Positions 54,542-64,000 of a stretch of DNA of 64,000 nucleotides are shown piece by piece (position 1 is the first letter of the stretch; each line of letters begins with the position of its first letter). The notes beneath the pieces were generated by a model. That model did no database searches. It saw nothing but the letters and a program-made list of their open reading frames with translations, and was not told the DNA's origin. Source of the DNA: Naegleria gruberi (taxonomy: Eukaryota). The translations under genes and the position numbers were made by a program. The stretch lies in NCBI GenBank assembly GCA_000004985.1, contig GG738897.1; one strand, 5' to 3'.

Positions 54542-55297
54542 TTATTGGATAATCCACTTGGGTTTTCCAATGGAATCGTTAAGGCCATAGATGGGAATGA
54601 TCTGTTGAAAATCTGTCTTGTCATCTCTAACCAATTGCATAATTTCAGGTGTGTTTGGAATTACATAATGAGACCAATAGTCAATTGTCTTTTTCTGTTT
54701 GGTATTCTTATCTTTGAGGTTATTTCCAAGAATAGACCATCCATTACTGGCCTCAATTTCCATACTTCTTGGCACAATCACATTATTATCCATTAATTGA
54801 AATAACTCATCTCTTAATTGCTCTCCATATGGTTGACTAGTTCCAGAATAATCACAACCAGAGAAACAAACATGTAATTTGATAGATCTACATTGTGGAG
54901 CTTCATTTAGATAGGGAGCTAACAATTTGGCTAAGGAATTGGCATTAACAAAGGCCTTCTGTATGGTTGGTCTTACTGGACCAGACGAAAGTAAACCGAA
55001 AGTTCCATCATGAGCATAAATGTGAAGAGAACTGTGTTGATCTTTCAATTCTTTAGTATTTACAAGTAATGGTTGAAATTGCTTTCGGAATTGTTCCTTC
55101 ATGAAATCTACAACCTCATCATCGACTGTTGTTTTATTCTTGTGGTATCGTCCTCTGATTTCTAATGTGCAAACTTTCTTATAGTTTCCATTCTTATATT
55201 TTGTGGTTTTTACACGATGGCTCGATAGGATCAGCTCGTTATTGAGTGCTTTAGAATTGGTGCAAGTGCCATTGTTGGTGAGGATGAGTAGTTGCAT
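54542..55297 (-). CDS. Hypothetical protein, 251 aa.
   Basis: ATG at 55297. Uninterrupted ORF. No domain recognised. Confidence 0.4.
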   Translation of the reverse strand: MQLLILTNNGTCTNSKALNNELILSSHRVKTTKYKNGNYKKVCTLEIRGRYHKNKTTVDDEVVDFMKEQFRKQFQPLLVNTKELKDQHSSLHIYAHDGTFGLLSSGPVRPTIQKAFVNANSLAKLLAPYLNEAPQCRSIKLHVCFSGCDYSGTSQPYGEQLRDELFQLMDNNVIVPRSMEIEASNGWSILGNNLKDKNTKQKKTIDYWSHYVIPNTPEIMQLVRDDKTDFQQIIPIYGLNDSIGKPKWIIQ

Positions 55298-55386
55298 TTC
55301 TTTTTAAATTTTGTTTCTAATATTTTCAATTTTGAAATTGAAATTGTTTTTCATATTGAAATTGATATTTATTTCATGTTAGAAAA

Positions 55387-58298
55387 TTACAATTCCAGAG
55401 ATTTACCTGTTGATTTCTCCCATTGTTTGTATTGTTTAGTTTTTTGTAATCTGGAGAAAGTATCCGAAATATTCATGAATAATTCTGGCCAAAGTAAGTC
55501 AGTAAGAACTTTGACAGTCACAATAGTTGACACTTCACTCAAAATTGTGTCAATATTCTTGGACATGGCATCAAAACCTCCTTCTTCTTCACTCGATTGA
55601 ATGTAAGTGCTATAACTTGGGAAGATTAACTTGTAGAACTTTTTCTTACAATCAGATGATAAGTTAATTTCATATTCTGAATAATTTCTAATAAAATCTC
55701 GTTCAATTTCTCTCAAATCCTCGACGGTAACGAGTGCATTGTAATTGGTATAGTTGGAAGAGATTGTTCTAACCTTTTCCCAAATGAGAATGTTTTCTGA
55801 GGCAAATTCCTTCTCTGCAAAATTTTTGAGTAAACCATAGAAATATCCATCTGAGATCATTAGGTATTCCAATTCGTTTTCTTGATTTTTACGAAAGGCA
55901 ACTTTCTTTTTGGTAACTTGGGCTGCCTTGGAGTTGAAATCCTCTCCCACAGTTGTTCCATTGAGTTTGGCTCCAGAAATGAAATATCCTGTAGATTCTG
56001 GATTAATTACTGACATGTTACAGTTTCTCAAATTGGTATTGATGAATTTAGTGCCTGTAATTAAACACCTTGAAAATATACATTCAGCCATCGAGGAGTT
56101 ACTGAAATTGGCATTGGATAAAGCAGTATTTGTAAAATCGCTTTGATTCAGAATCGTATTGGAAAAGTTTGATGATGATAAATCCATATTTGAAAAGTTG
56201 AATTGTTTCATTGAGCAACCAGATAAGTCAACTCCAAAGAGAGTTTTGGCACTTCTGAGGAATTCTTCATTGACCTTGGCTCTGTTCATTTTGGCATTCG
56301 AAAGTACACAACCAGTTGACTCCGATGCAATATTGGTCAAGTCGCAACCTTTCAAGTTGGTATTTGTGAAATTAGTATTATCAAATAGTGCTCCTGAAAG
56401 ATTGGCTCCTCCCAAGGAACCACCTGTGAGATTGGCAGAGGTAAAGTTGGTATATCTCAAATCACACAAGGTTAAATTGGCATGTGCAAGATTTGCCTTC
56501 TCAAAGGTACAACCTCTAAGATTGCAACCACTAAAGTTAACCTCTGATAAATTCATTCCACTAAAATCAGAGTCTGTTATTTGGATCTTTCTGATATCCA
56601 AATCTTTGAGTGAGACAAGTTTCAAATCAATGTTTGAAAGTTTCACCTCCAAGTTTTCTCTTCTATGATATTCTATGATATTCTTCAGTTCGTAGTGTTT
56701 GATTCTGCTCTTCTTCTTTTCAATCTCAATACCAAACTTGGTGATACTTTCAGTGAGCAAATCGTTGGATTCTAATTGAGATTTGAGTTTTTCCATGTTG
56801 AAACTTGTGGCTACATCAATCAATAATCTTGCAATGTTTGGATTGACTGATATTTTGCCAAATCTAAGCCAATGGAGAATGAGTAAGAATAATTCAACAT
56901 CACAATCAATAAAGTGTTCCTCATCAAAATCTGTAACTTCTTTGAACATTGAAGCCAATGAGGATGTTGGTTCATATTCTGTATTCAACAATGTTGAAAG
57001 AGCTACATTGATAATCTCACCACCAACATCTAATTTTACACATTGTGAGAATTCTTCTCTTGATGACATGAGAACAATATTTGATATTTTGCCCTCCAAT
57101 TCTCTTGATTGAGATGATAAATATTCCAACTTGGATTCCAACTGTTTGATTGACTGATCAAAAACAACTGCCTTTGTTTGACACGTTGATTCTGATTCAT
57201 TGATTTTCTTCTTGAAATATACATCCACTTCCTCAAGATATGAACTGCATTTGCTTTCCATGTGGTTTTTAAAGAATCCTCTCAGTACATAATTTTCACA
57301 TTTCGAACAACGAACCAACAATCCCTCAATCTGTCTCTTTGTAATATCTGAAATATCTGAAAGATTTTCTCCCAAAATTTCATCCCTCTCACAAATATTA
57401 CACTTCTCCATACATTTTAAACATTCAGAACAGAACATATTTCCACAATTGTTATGAGTTTTGGCTTCCAAATCCAAAACTTGTTTACACGATTGACATT
57501 TCAAATCATTAGAAATGTTGCTCAATTGTGAAACAAACACAAAAGGAGATCCACTGTCTTCACTTGAAGATGACAAAGTAAGAGAATCTCTCATTGAAAT
57601 TCTTTCCTTTACGAAATCTTTCTGCATGAGTGAGTCAACCAGAACAGGAGGTGGTGAATCCCCTCCTATTGTATTTCTAAACATTCTTCTTTGAACCACT
57701 AATATTTAACATCATTAGTTTCGAATAATATAGAACCATGAAAAACACAAAAACAATCATTAGAATTGATATCATCATTTCTTGATTATAATCACTTACC
57801 TTCCTCAAAATCTTCCTTGTCATCTTCCAAACTAATAGGTGAAGATGTATTCGAATGTGTATTTGAACTACTCTTGCCATTCACTTCCATAATACTTTTT
57901 CTAAAATTCTCCTGTTGACTATTCATCACAGCAACTCGTGGAGAAATTGATTTTTCACTATTCGATGAAGTTGATGACAATGACGAAGGCGAAGGAGGAG
58001 TAAATGTTGTCATTCGATGTTTCGCATTATTATTATTCGAAACATTATTTCCAACACTTCCAGTCGTTGCCAATGATGATGCACCCGAGGATGATGAAGA
58101 TGAAGATGATGAATCTAATGTTTGTGTTGTTGTTGCACTAATTGTAGAAGAATTTGAAGAATTTAGATTATTGTTGAATACGACAGCTGTTCTTCCTCTT
58201 CTAACTCTCACAATAGGACGAGTGGGTGAATCTGATGCAGTTGATGGGGAGTTTGTATGGTTGATGGTGCTAGGGGAAGGTGGTGTATTCTTGTCCAT
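55387..58298 (-). CDS. Multidomain signalling protein: Ser/Asn-rich N-terminus, Cys-rich RING/B-box-like zinc-finger region, KCTD/T1-type BTB domain, pentapeptide repeats and a C-terminal RGS domain. Two exons: 58298-57800 and 57698-55387.
   Basis: First ATG at 58298; the track ORF starts at GTG 58310. Intron GTAAGT (57799) ... tAG (57699), 101 nt, phase 1. Zinc-finger region 'CQSCKQVLDLEAKTHNNCGNMFCSECLKCMEKCNIC'. BTB 'VKLDVGGEIINVALSTLLNTEYEPTSSLASMF...FIDCDVELFLLILHWLRFGKI'. Pentapeptide repeats 'ANLSGALFDNTNFTNTNLKGCDLTN...'. RGS signature 'FAEKEFASENILIWEKV'. Confidence 0.65.
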
Positions 58299-58949
58299 TT
58301 TCGAATACACTTTACAGAGTTTCGTTTTGTTTCGTTTGTTTTCTTTTTTTGATGGTGAAGAAACTTTCTGGATTTTTGTGGCTTTGTAAAGTGAATGGTT
58401 TGGAACTGATTTGGTTTGTGGATTCGCCCGCTGGAAGTTATTTTGAGTTTAAACTGGAAATTGGTCAACTTGATATTTTAAATATTAAATAGATCTTTAA
58501 TTTAAATACTTTACAGAACATACATGTCGTAAAGCGTTTGTAATAAGTGAAAGGAGTAACAAGGACAATTTCTGGGCTCCTTTTTATTCGAAATAGTCAT
58601 GTTTCGAATACTGTTTGAACTTTCATTACATTGGATAACCCTCAAAAACCTATTCAAATTAAGAATTTTCTTCTTTATTACAAACTAATCAAATAAGAAT
58701 CTAAGGTAATCCACACTTTTTGAAGAAACACTTTCAATATCGCATCTTGATAACACACTTTATCTTTTTCAAAAAACTCAAATTCGTCAATGATGGATAA
58801 ATTAACCCATTTCATCTTGCATCATATCGCAATGTTGGACAATTTTTATGATTCGAATGAGATGACGCTCAAAAACGACAAAAAAAACATCTCTCTCAAT
58901 ATTTAGAGTTCCTAGGATCCTGTATAATAACATCTTGTTCTTCTTGGCA

Positions 58950-60986
58950 ATGAGGTTTTCGTATTTTGTTTCGAATTACTGTTTCTTTTACTTTCTAATA
59001 ATTTTATTGTTTGTGGGTTATTCGAAAGGATACGCCATTTTTCATGATGGAGTGGCTGGTTACTCGAATAGCCAAACAACTGTTCGGAATCTAGACGAAT
59101 CTGTTTCTAATAGTTTTGCTTTGGATCAACTAGAGTATCCTTCCGATAATGATATTGCCTACTTTCCAGCACTCTCTCAGCCCTATTCAGTTCTCTATTT
59201 TCCATTAGATAATACCAACAATGATTTATGTCAACTCAACAAGTCGTCATCTTCTCTTATTCGAAACTTGAATAATGTATGTATGGAATATTTTTGTACA
59301 TGCACTCTGGATAGTAGAGTTTGTAATAATCTGACAAGATCATTACTTTGGGATGACACATTCAGGGATTCGTATTTTTCAATGGTCAACTATTGCATGC
59401 ATTGTAATGGAGAGAATTCTAAAGATTTTAGGACAGAAATTTCCAAATCTAATGGACAGTGCAGTGGGAAATTTCCAAGTTATTCTCAAATTCAACAATC
59501 TTTAATTGGACATTGTAATATGGAGCTATCAGATAGTGAAATTTATTCGATAGTTGCTAATAATCAGTCAAGTGTAAATAATTTGAATATTGGAATTCTG
59601 GATTGGAGGTATTACAAACCAAATCAATATTACTCAAAGAAATATGTAAATAATATGACGATTTCTGATAAGGACAATACCCTTCACTTATTCGAAACTC
59701 TATTCCAAAATCGAAATGAAAATCCAATCCTGTGTTGGTGCAAAAACGAATTATATGGAGGATTTGCCTACAAGTGTGCTGATGCCTACTATAACTTTTT
59801 AGTAAGATTCAAATATATAGGAACTCCTTGGTGGTTCATGTTCTTTTTCACATGCTACTTGATTACAATGACAATTTACAATACAATTCCACTCGTACAT
59901 GCAAAGAATGCTTCTATTAAGAAGAAGATTGAACAGAGGAAATCCAGAGAGGCCAACACTATAAGAATGTATCTAACTATTTATCTGGAAGAATTATTTC
60001 TCACCGATTTGAGACCTTCCATTTTACTATTAATTTATATGGAAAGTTCATTTTTCTTTATTGAAAATATGATTTGTTTCTTGTGGAATTATTCATTCAT
60101 GCATGGTAGCTTGAAGAATATTCAATTGTGGGGCTGCTTTAGAGCTTTGGCAATCTACGCTCTTGGATATGGATTCTCTACATTGATGGTTCAATGGAGT
60201 CATATTGTTGATCTAATCAAATCAAATCAGAGTAAGAAGAAATTGTCCAAGTATAATCTCATTCTGCTCATTTCCATTTATATTTTCAATGCATTTCTGA
60301 TAATAATTGCCATAGTCTTGTGTTCAATTCTCAAGACGAGCGTTTACTTATTTGCTTTAGCTGCTGTTGCCATGATATTGGTTCCAACAATTTTGATAGT
60401 TTCCTTCACAACATATGGAATTGTAATTTATAGACGATTGAAAAGTTACAAGAATGTGAATATTTCACAAATGAGATTTTTCAAGTTTATTCTCGTATTT
60501 AACACTGCCTTATTCTTTGGATTTGTATTGGCCATTATTTTCGTGCCAACCTTTATTTCTACATGGGATATTTTTGGAATGTTTGTTGGTGTATTCAAGA
60601 ATTTCGCCATTGATTCGGCAGGATTATTGGCGACCTACATAATTACCTATATTCTGATCAATGAGAATGAATTCACCAAATGTTATGGAATTAAGGCGTC
60701 TCGTATTCTCATTTGTTCAAACCTTCCTGAATCCAATCCTTCAGTAGTTTCGTCTGCCTTACCTTCTCCTTCTTCTGCCAGAGATAGAGCTCTCTCATCA
60801 ACCTCAACAGCCAATAATCCATCACTGGTAAAACCAGTTTCAACAAATCAATTGGACAATGATGATGAACTGAAGAGAAGCAATACTGTGAGTTCCCTAC
60901 AGACAACAACCACTGCAACCTCCTCATCACCAATGGTCACAACACCAACTGTCTACATTTTGGACGATTCAAAGAATAATATTTGA
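58950..60986 (+). CDS. Seven-transmembrane receptor-like protein with a Cys-rich extracellular N-terminal domain and a Ser-rich C-tail. Single exon.
   Basis: ATG at 58950; the track ORF starts at TTG 58935. Signal peptide. About 280-aa Cys-containing ectodomain. Seven hydrophobic helices ('WWFMFFFTCYLITMTIY', 'ILLLIYMESSFFFIENMICFLW', 'FRALAIYALGYGFSTLMV', 'LILLISIYIFNAFLIIIAIVL', 'LFALAAVAMILVPTILIVSF', 'FILVFNTALFFGFVLAIIFV', 'AIDSAGLLATYIITYILI'). Confidence 0.55.
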   Translation: MRFSYFVSNYCFFYFLIILLFVGYSKGYAIFHDGVAGYSNSQTTVRNLDESVSNSFALDQLEYPSDNDIAYFPALSQPYSVLYFPLDNTNNDLCQLNKSSSSLIRNLNNVCMEYFCTCTLDSRVCNNLTRSLLWDDTFRDSYFSMVNYCMHCNGENSKDFRTEISKSNGQCSGKFPSYSQIQQSLIGHCNMELSDSEIYSIVANNQSSVNNLNIGILDWRYYKPNQYYSKKYVNNMTISDKDNTLHLFETLFQNRNENPILCWCKNELYGGFAYKCADAYYNFLVRFKYIGTPWWFMFFFTCYLITMTIYNTIPLVHAKNASIKKKIEQRKSREANTIRMYLTIYLEELFLTDLRPSILLLIYMESSFFFIENMICFLWNYSFMHGSLKNIQLWGCFRALAIYALGYGFSTLMVQWSHIVDLIKSNQSKKKLSKYNLILLISIYIFNAFLIIIAIVLCSILKTSVYLFALAAVAMILVPTILIVSFTTYGIVIYRRLKSYKNVNISQMRFFKFILVFNTALFFGFVLAIIFVPTFISTWDIFGMFVGVFKNFAIDSAGLLATYIITYILINENEFTKCYGIKASRILICSNLPESNPSVVSSALPSPSSARDRALSSTSTANNPSLVKPVSTNQLDNDDELKRSNTVSSLQTTTTATSSSPMVTTPTVYILDDSKNNI

Positions 60987-61207
60987 GAATTTCAGAAATA
61001 TTCATTCATAGTATTACTTTTCTATGACTATTCCTACAATTATTTAATGGAAAATTCAAAAATTACATCTGGTCAACCTCGACAACCTTAACAACTTTCT
61101 CACTTAAAGGAGTTTTCAAGTGACATATCCGACACTGAAATTAAATGTGCGCTTAATAATTTCCATTCCATTTTAAAATCGATCATTTAAAAGCAAAAAG
61201 GAAAAAA

Positions 61208-62042
61208 ATGTCCAAAGTTCCACGTGATACTGTCGAGATTGGTATTAGAGAATTGAATTCATGGGTTGGTTGGGAGAAGGATACAGAGAACGAGCACGTT
61301 ACTTTGTATTGCAAGAAGGTTTACAAGGAATTGTCAAATCCGAGCATTAAAGTAGGTTTTTCGATTCAAAAGAATTTAAATGATCGATTTGTATGATTTA
61401 ATACATTATCATCGTAATATTTAATTTATTAATAACTTTTTTGATGATTAATAATTGATACATAATGGATAATAATATTAATATTAAATTGATGACATTA
61501 TTGGAACATTTTAGTTTACTGGAGTTGTCAATTATCCTCTTGATGAAGTTTTCGAAGTCTCTAGAAATGTAAAGTACAGAATCCACATGAATGAAACAAC
61601 AGTTGAAGCTAAATGGGTTGAAGAACCTCAACAAGATTCCGAAGGAAAGTCCTATGATGTTTTCTATACTCGTCTTAAGGGTCCAAATGCCCTTGTTTCT
61701 CATCGTGATTTTATCATTGCTCGTGAATGGTGGTATGATGAAGCAAATAAGGCATGGTGGATGATTATGAGAAGTATTCCATATGATGGACCTCAAGGAA
61801 AGGAAGTTAGTGGAGTGATTAGAGGAGAATTTGTGATTCAAGCTTTCAAATTTGAATCTGTAAATGATGGAAAAGCAACCAAGTTCACTATTATGGCTCA
61901 AGTTGAGTATGGAGGTTGGCTTCCATCAGGTGTTATTGGTTTCTTCCAAAAGAAAATTCCATTAGATATGAAAGATAAATTGGAAGCTGGTGTTATTGCT
62001 TTGAAAAAGGATAGACTCCCACCTTTGCCAAACAAAAAGTAG
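61208..62042 (+). CDS. START-domain (StAR-related lipid-transfer / Bet v1-like) protein. Two exons: 61208-61351 and 61515-62042.
   Basis: ATG at 61208. Intron GTAGGT (61352) ... tAG (61514), 163 nt, phase 0. Spliced protein about 224 aa with START-like 'ALVSHRDFIIAREWW' and C-terminal helix. Boundaries are approximate. Confidence 0.65.
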
Positions 62043-62132
62043 AAGCAAAGTTATTTCAAATATTAGTATTTAATCAAATATCTGTAAATAATTGTATCAT
62101 AAAGTATCTGTCACAAATCAAAGAATAAAAAA

Positions 62133-62862
62133 ATGACAATATCTGTAGACGAGAAGGCTCAATCATCAGTAACATCGGGATTAACAAAGGCCCAAAAACA
62201 ATTATTTGATCATGTAAAACCATATATTTTCACGTATGTTTTCATCTATCACTATAATTTTCTAATTTCTTCTCTGCCTGCCATCATGATGTTGACAATT
62301 TAGTTTTGAAATGATTTGTGCAGTGGAAGTTGTACTTTTAGTTTTCGTTCTTTTATCCTCACTGACAACATTCTTCACTTCCATACCTAATTTAAATCAA
62401 GTTGATCATGATTGTTCTGGTCAGTCAATTTATTTTGTAATTTTGGCTTTGGCCATTGTTGCATTGGTTGAAATTATTTCTCTTGCCACAACATTCCAAT
62501 TATCAGTTTATGAAGAGAAGCATCTCCTCACCAATGCACGATCATCCAAAACAAAAGGAACAAGTTTAACTAGTGTATTTTCACTTTCATGTTGGATTGT
62601 CAGATTAGCTTTGATTATTACATCAACTTCATTGATTGAGGGACCAGCTTGTATCAAATCATCAATTTATACTTTGGATTTGCATTATTTTGTTATTGCT
62701 ATGTGGATCTTTTGGGCTGCTTCTGCTCTTTTGATTATTCCAAAGTGGTTTCTTTTTGTCAAGTCAAGGAATATTGTAAACAATCATCATAAGGATAATG
62801 ATCTCACTAAGGTTGTATTGAGTGATGATGAAGAGGAATTACTTTCGAGAAATAGAGAATAA
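62133..62862 (+). CDS. Hypothetical four-TM small membrane protein. Tentative two exons: 62133-62233 and 62304-62862.
   Basis: ATG at 62133. Donor GTATGT (62234) and acceptor tAG (62303) join in frame to the track ORF 62311..62862. Four hydrophobic helices and an acidic C-tail. Confidence 0.35.
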
Positions 62863-63532
62863 ATTAGTGTGTTTCCCTCCAAATGCTTAAATTGCATGAT
62901 CATTAAATTATTGAGTTTATATTTGAGTAATATTCTCTTATCTTCTCTCTTCTAAATCAAGTACTTGGATATCTGTTGCATTTTCAAATATTCTAATTTT
63001 CATAAAAGCAAGATATTTATGGTGGGACAAAGTAAATTGGTTTCTTAATGCTAATTGGCGAATATTTAAAAACAGTAGGTTTATGAACACTACAAAAGTA
63101 CTCCTTTCCAAATGGTTATTTTCATTTTCATAACCAGATCAGAAAATCCTTTCCAATATTGAGCTCTTTTCAATGCCTTTTCATGAATCAACAAAAAGCA
63201 CATTCCATTACTTGCTTCTAATACAAAAACAAAGGAAAATAATAATAGTCCCTTCCCATTCAATCCACAAAAAGACGTTCTTGTTGCTGATCTATCAAAC
63301 ATCCACACAACAACAATTAAACTTCATTTCTAATATTATTAGAAACAACATTCAAACAAAAAATTACTGGCACATCCAACCTGGAATCTCCACAAAGACC
63401 CTCTCATCTCAAAATAAGTTACTGTAACTTCATCGACTTGTCTTTCAACTTTCCAAACGTCAATTGAACGAGAGGAACAATCACTACCATTTGACTTCAA
63501 GTGGTAACAATTTTGGCAATTAATTGCAGCGA

Positions 63533-63545
63533 TTTGAAAAAAAAA
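63533..63545. repeat. Poly(A) homopolymer tract, about 13 nt, in the 3' intergenic region.
   Basis: Direct read: aaaaaaaaaaaa. Confidence 0.6.
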
Positions 63546-64000
63546 AGTCCAACACAAACTAGACACACATAATAACGGTGGTGATTACGAGAGAGGCGTT
63601 TATTGTTGTTCTCTTGCTTGTGGTTCACATTAAAACGACAGTGAACAATTGCTTTTTCGGTTTTAAAGATTACAGCAGCACAATTTTTAGGAGTTTTTTA
63701 TTATTCAACGTTGAAGAAAATATCAAGACAATAAGAGAGTAACAGTTTAAACTTGAAGAAAACAACAGTTTTGAAGAGAATTTATAGTTAGTCTAATATT
63801 GTGATAGAGAATATTTTAACTCTACACTTAAATCAACTCATTCCGATAAGCAATTTTTAGATATTTAGTATCTTCTTTATAGTGTGTATCATCTTTAATA
63901 GTATTCTATAAGAACCTTATCATTAATATACTAATAATAATTGATAATTTGAATGACTTTAACAATGCTATCTAAGAATAGTCCTAATATGATGATGATG

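Noticed and set aside
56663-56682. Perfect 10-bp tandem duplication (ttctatgata x2) inside the RGS/BTB gene coding region.
   Set aside because: The reading frame is maintained through it (encodes ...NIIEYHRRENL...). It is most likely a real short direct repeat, possibly a replication slippage product or assembly artefact. There is no evidence of a mobile-element target-site duplication.
1-64000. Search for CRISPR arrays, prokaryotic operons, defence islands, transposons and LTRs.
   Set aside because: The sequence is eukaryotic (spliceosomal introns, intron-containing tRNA-Tyr, karyopherins, Mediator, reticulon). No repeat-spacer arrays were found. No transposase, reverse transcriptase or integrase ORFs. 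No long terminal or inverted repeats recognisable by eye.

Overview
This window is a gene-dense eukaryotic nuclear locus, not prokaryotic. GC is about 33-35 %. Several genes contain spliceosomal introns with GTAAGT/GTATGT/GTAGGT donors and AG acceptors. About 32 protein-coding genes sit in 64 kb, roughly one per 2 kb. Intergenic spacers are very short, some convergent gene ends lying under 100 bp apart. One intron-containing tRNA-Tyr is present. No mobile element was found.

The gene content is typical eukaryotic housekeeping and signalling: importin-alpha, transportin (karyopherin beta-2), an ABCC/MRP transporter, mitochondrial ALDH, mitochondrial BCS1 AAA-ATPase, ethanolamine-phosphate cytidylyltransferase, HSBP1, reticulon, an AlkB dioxygenase, a START-domain protein, a Mediator Med22-like protein, two glycosyltransferases, a methyltransferase, protein kinases, a Kelch/BTB protein, a cNMP-binding protein, a 7TM receptor and an RGS protein.

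Introns are short, mostly 39-57 nt, with a few of 70-165 nt. Many long genes are intronless. Mitochondrial proteins are encoded, and TAA is used as a stop codon. Together these suggest a free-living aerobic protist, perhaps a heterolobosean such as Naegleria, but this is inference only.

Many 'ORFs' in the supplied track are single exons of spliced genes. Several 'M' starts in the track are TTG/GTG/CTG codons, not ATG. I therefore rebuilt gene models by hand; exon boundaries are approximate.

I found no bacterial-style defence or CRISPR system. The most unusual content is signalling architecture. First, a receptor-like kinase whose ectodomain is made of Pmp-type beta-helix repeats. Second, a RING-like/KCTD-BTB/pentapeptide-repeat/RGS fusion protein transcribed divergently from a 7TM receptor. 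Third, a two-TM receptor with a degenerate class-III cyclase-like domain.
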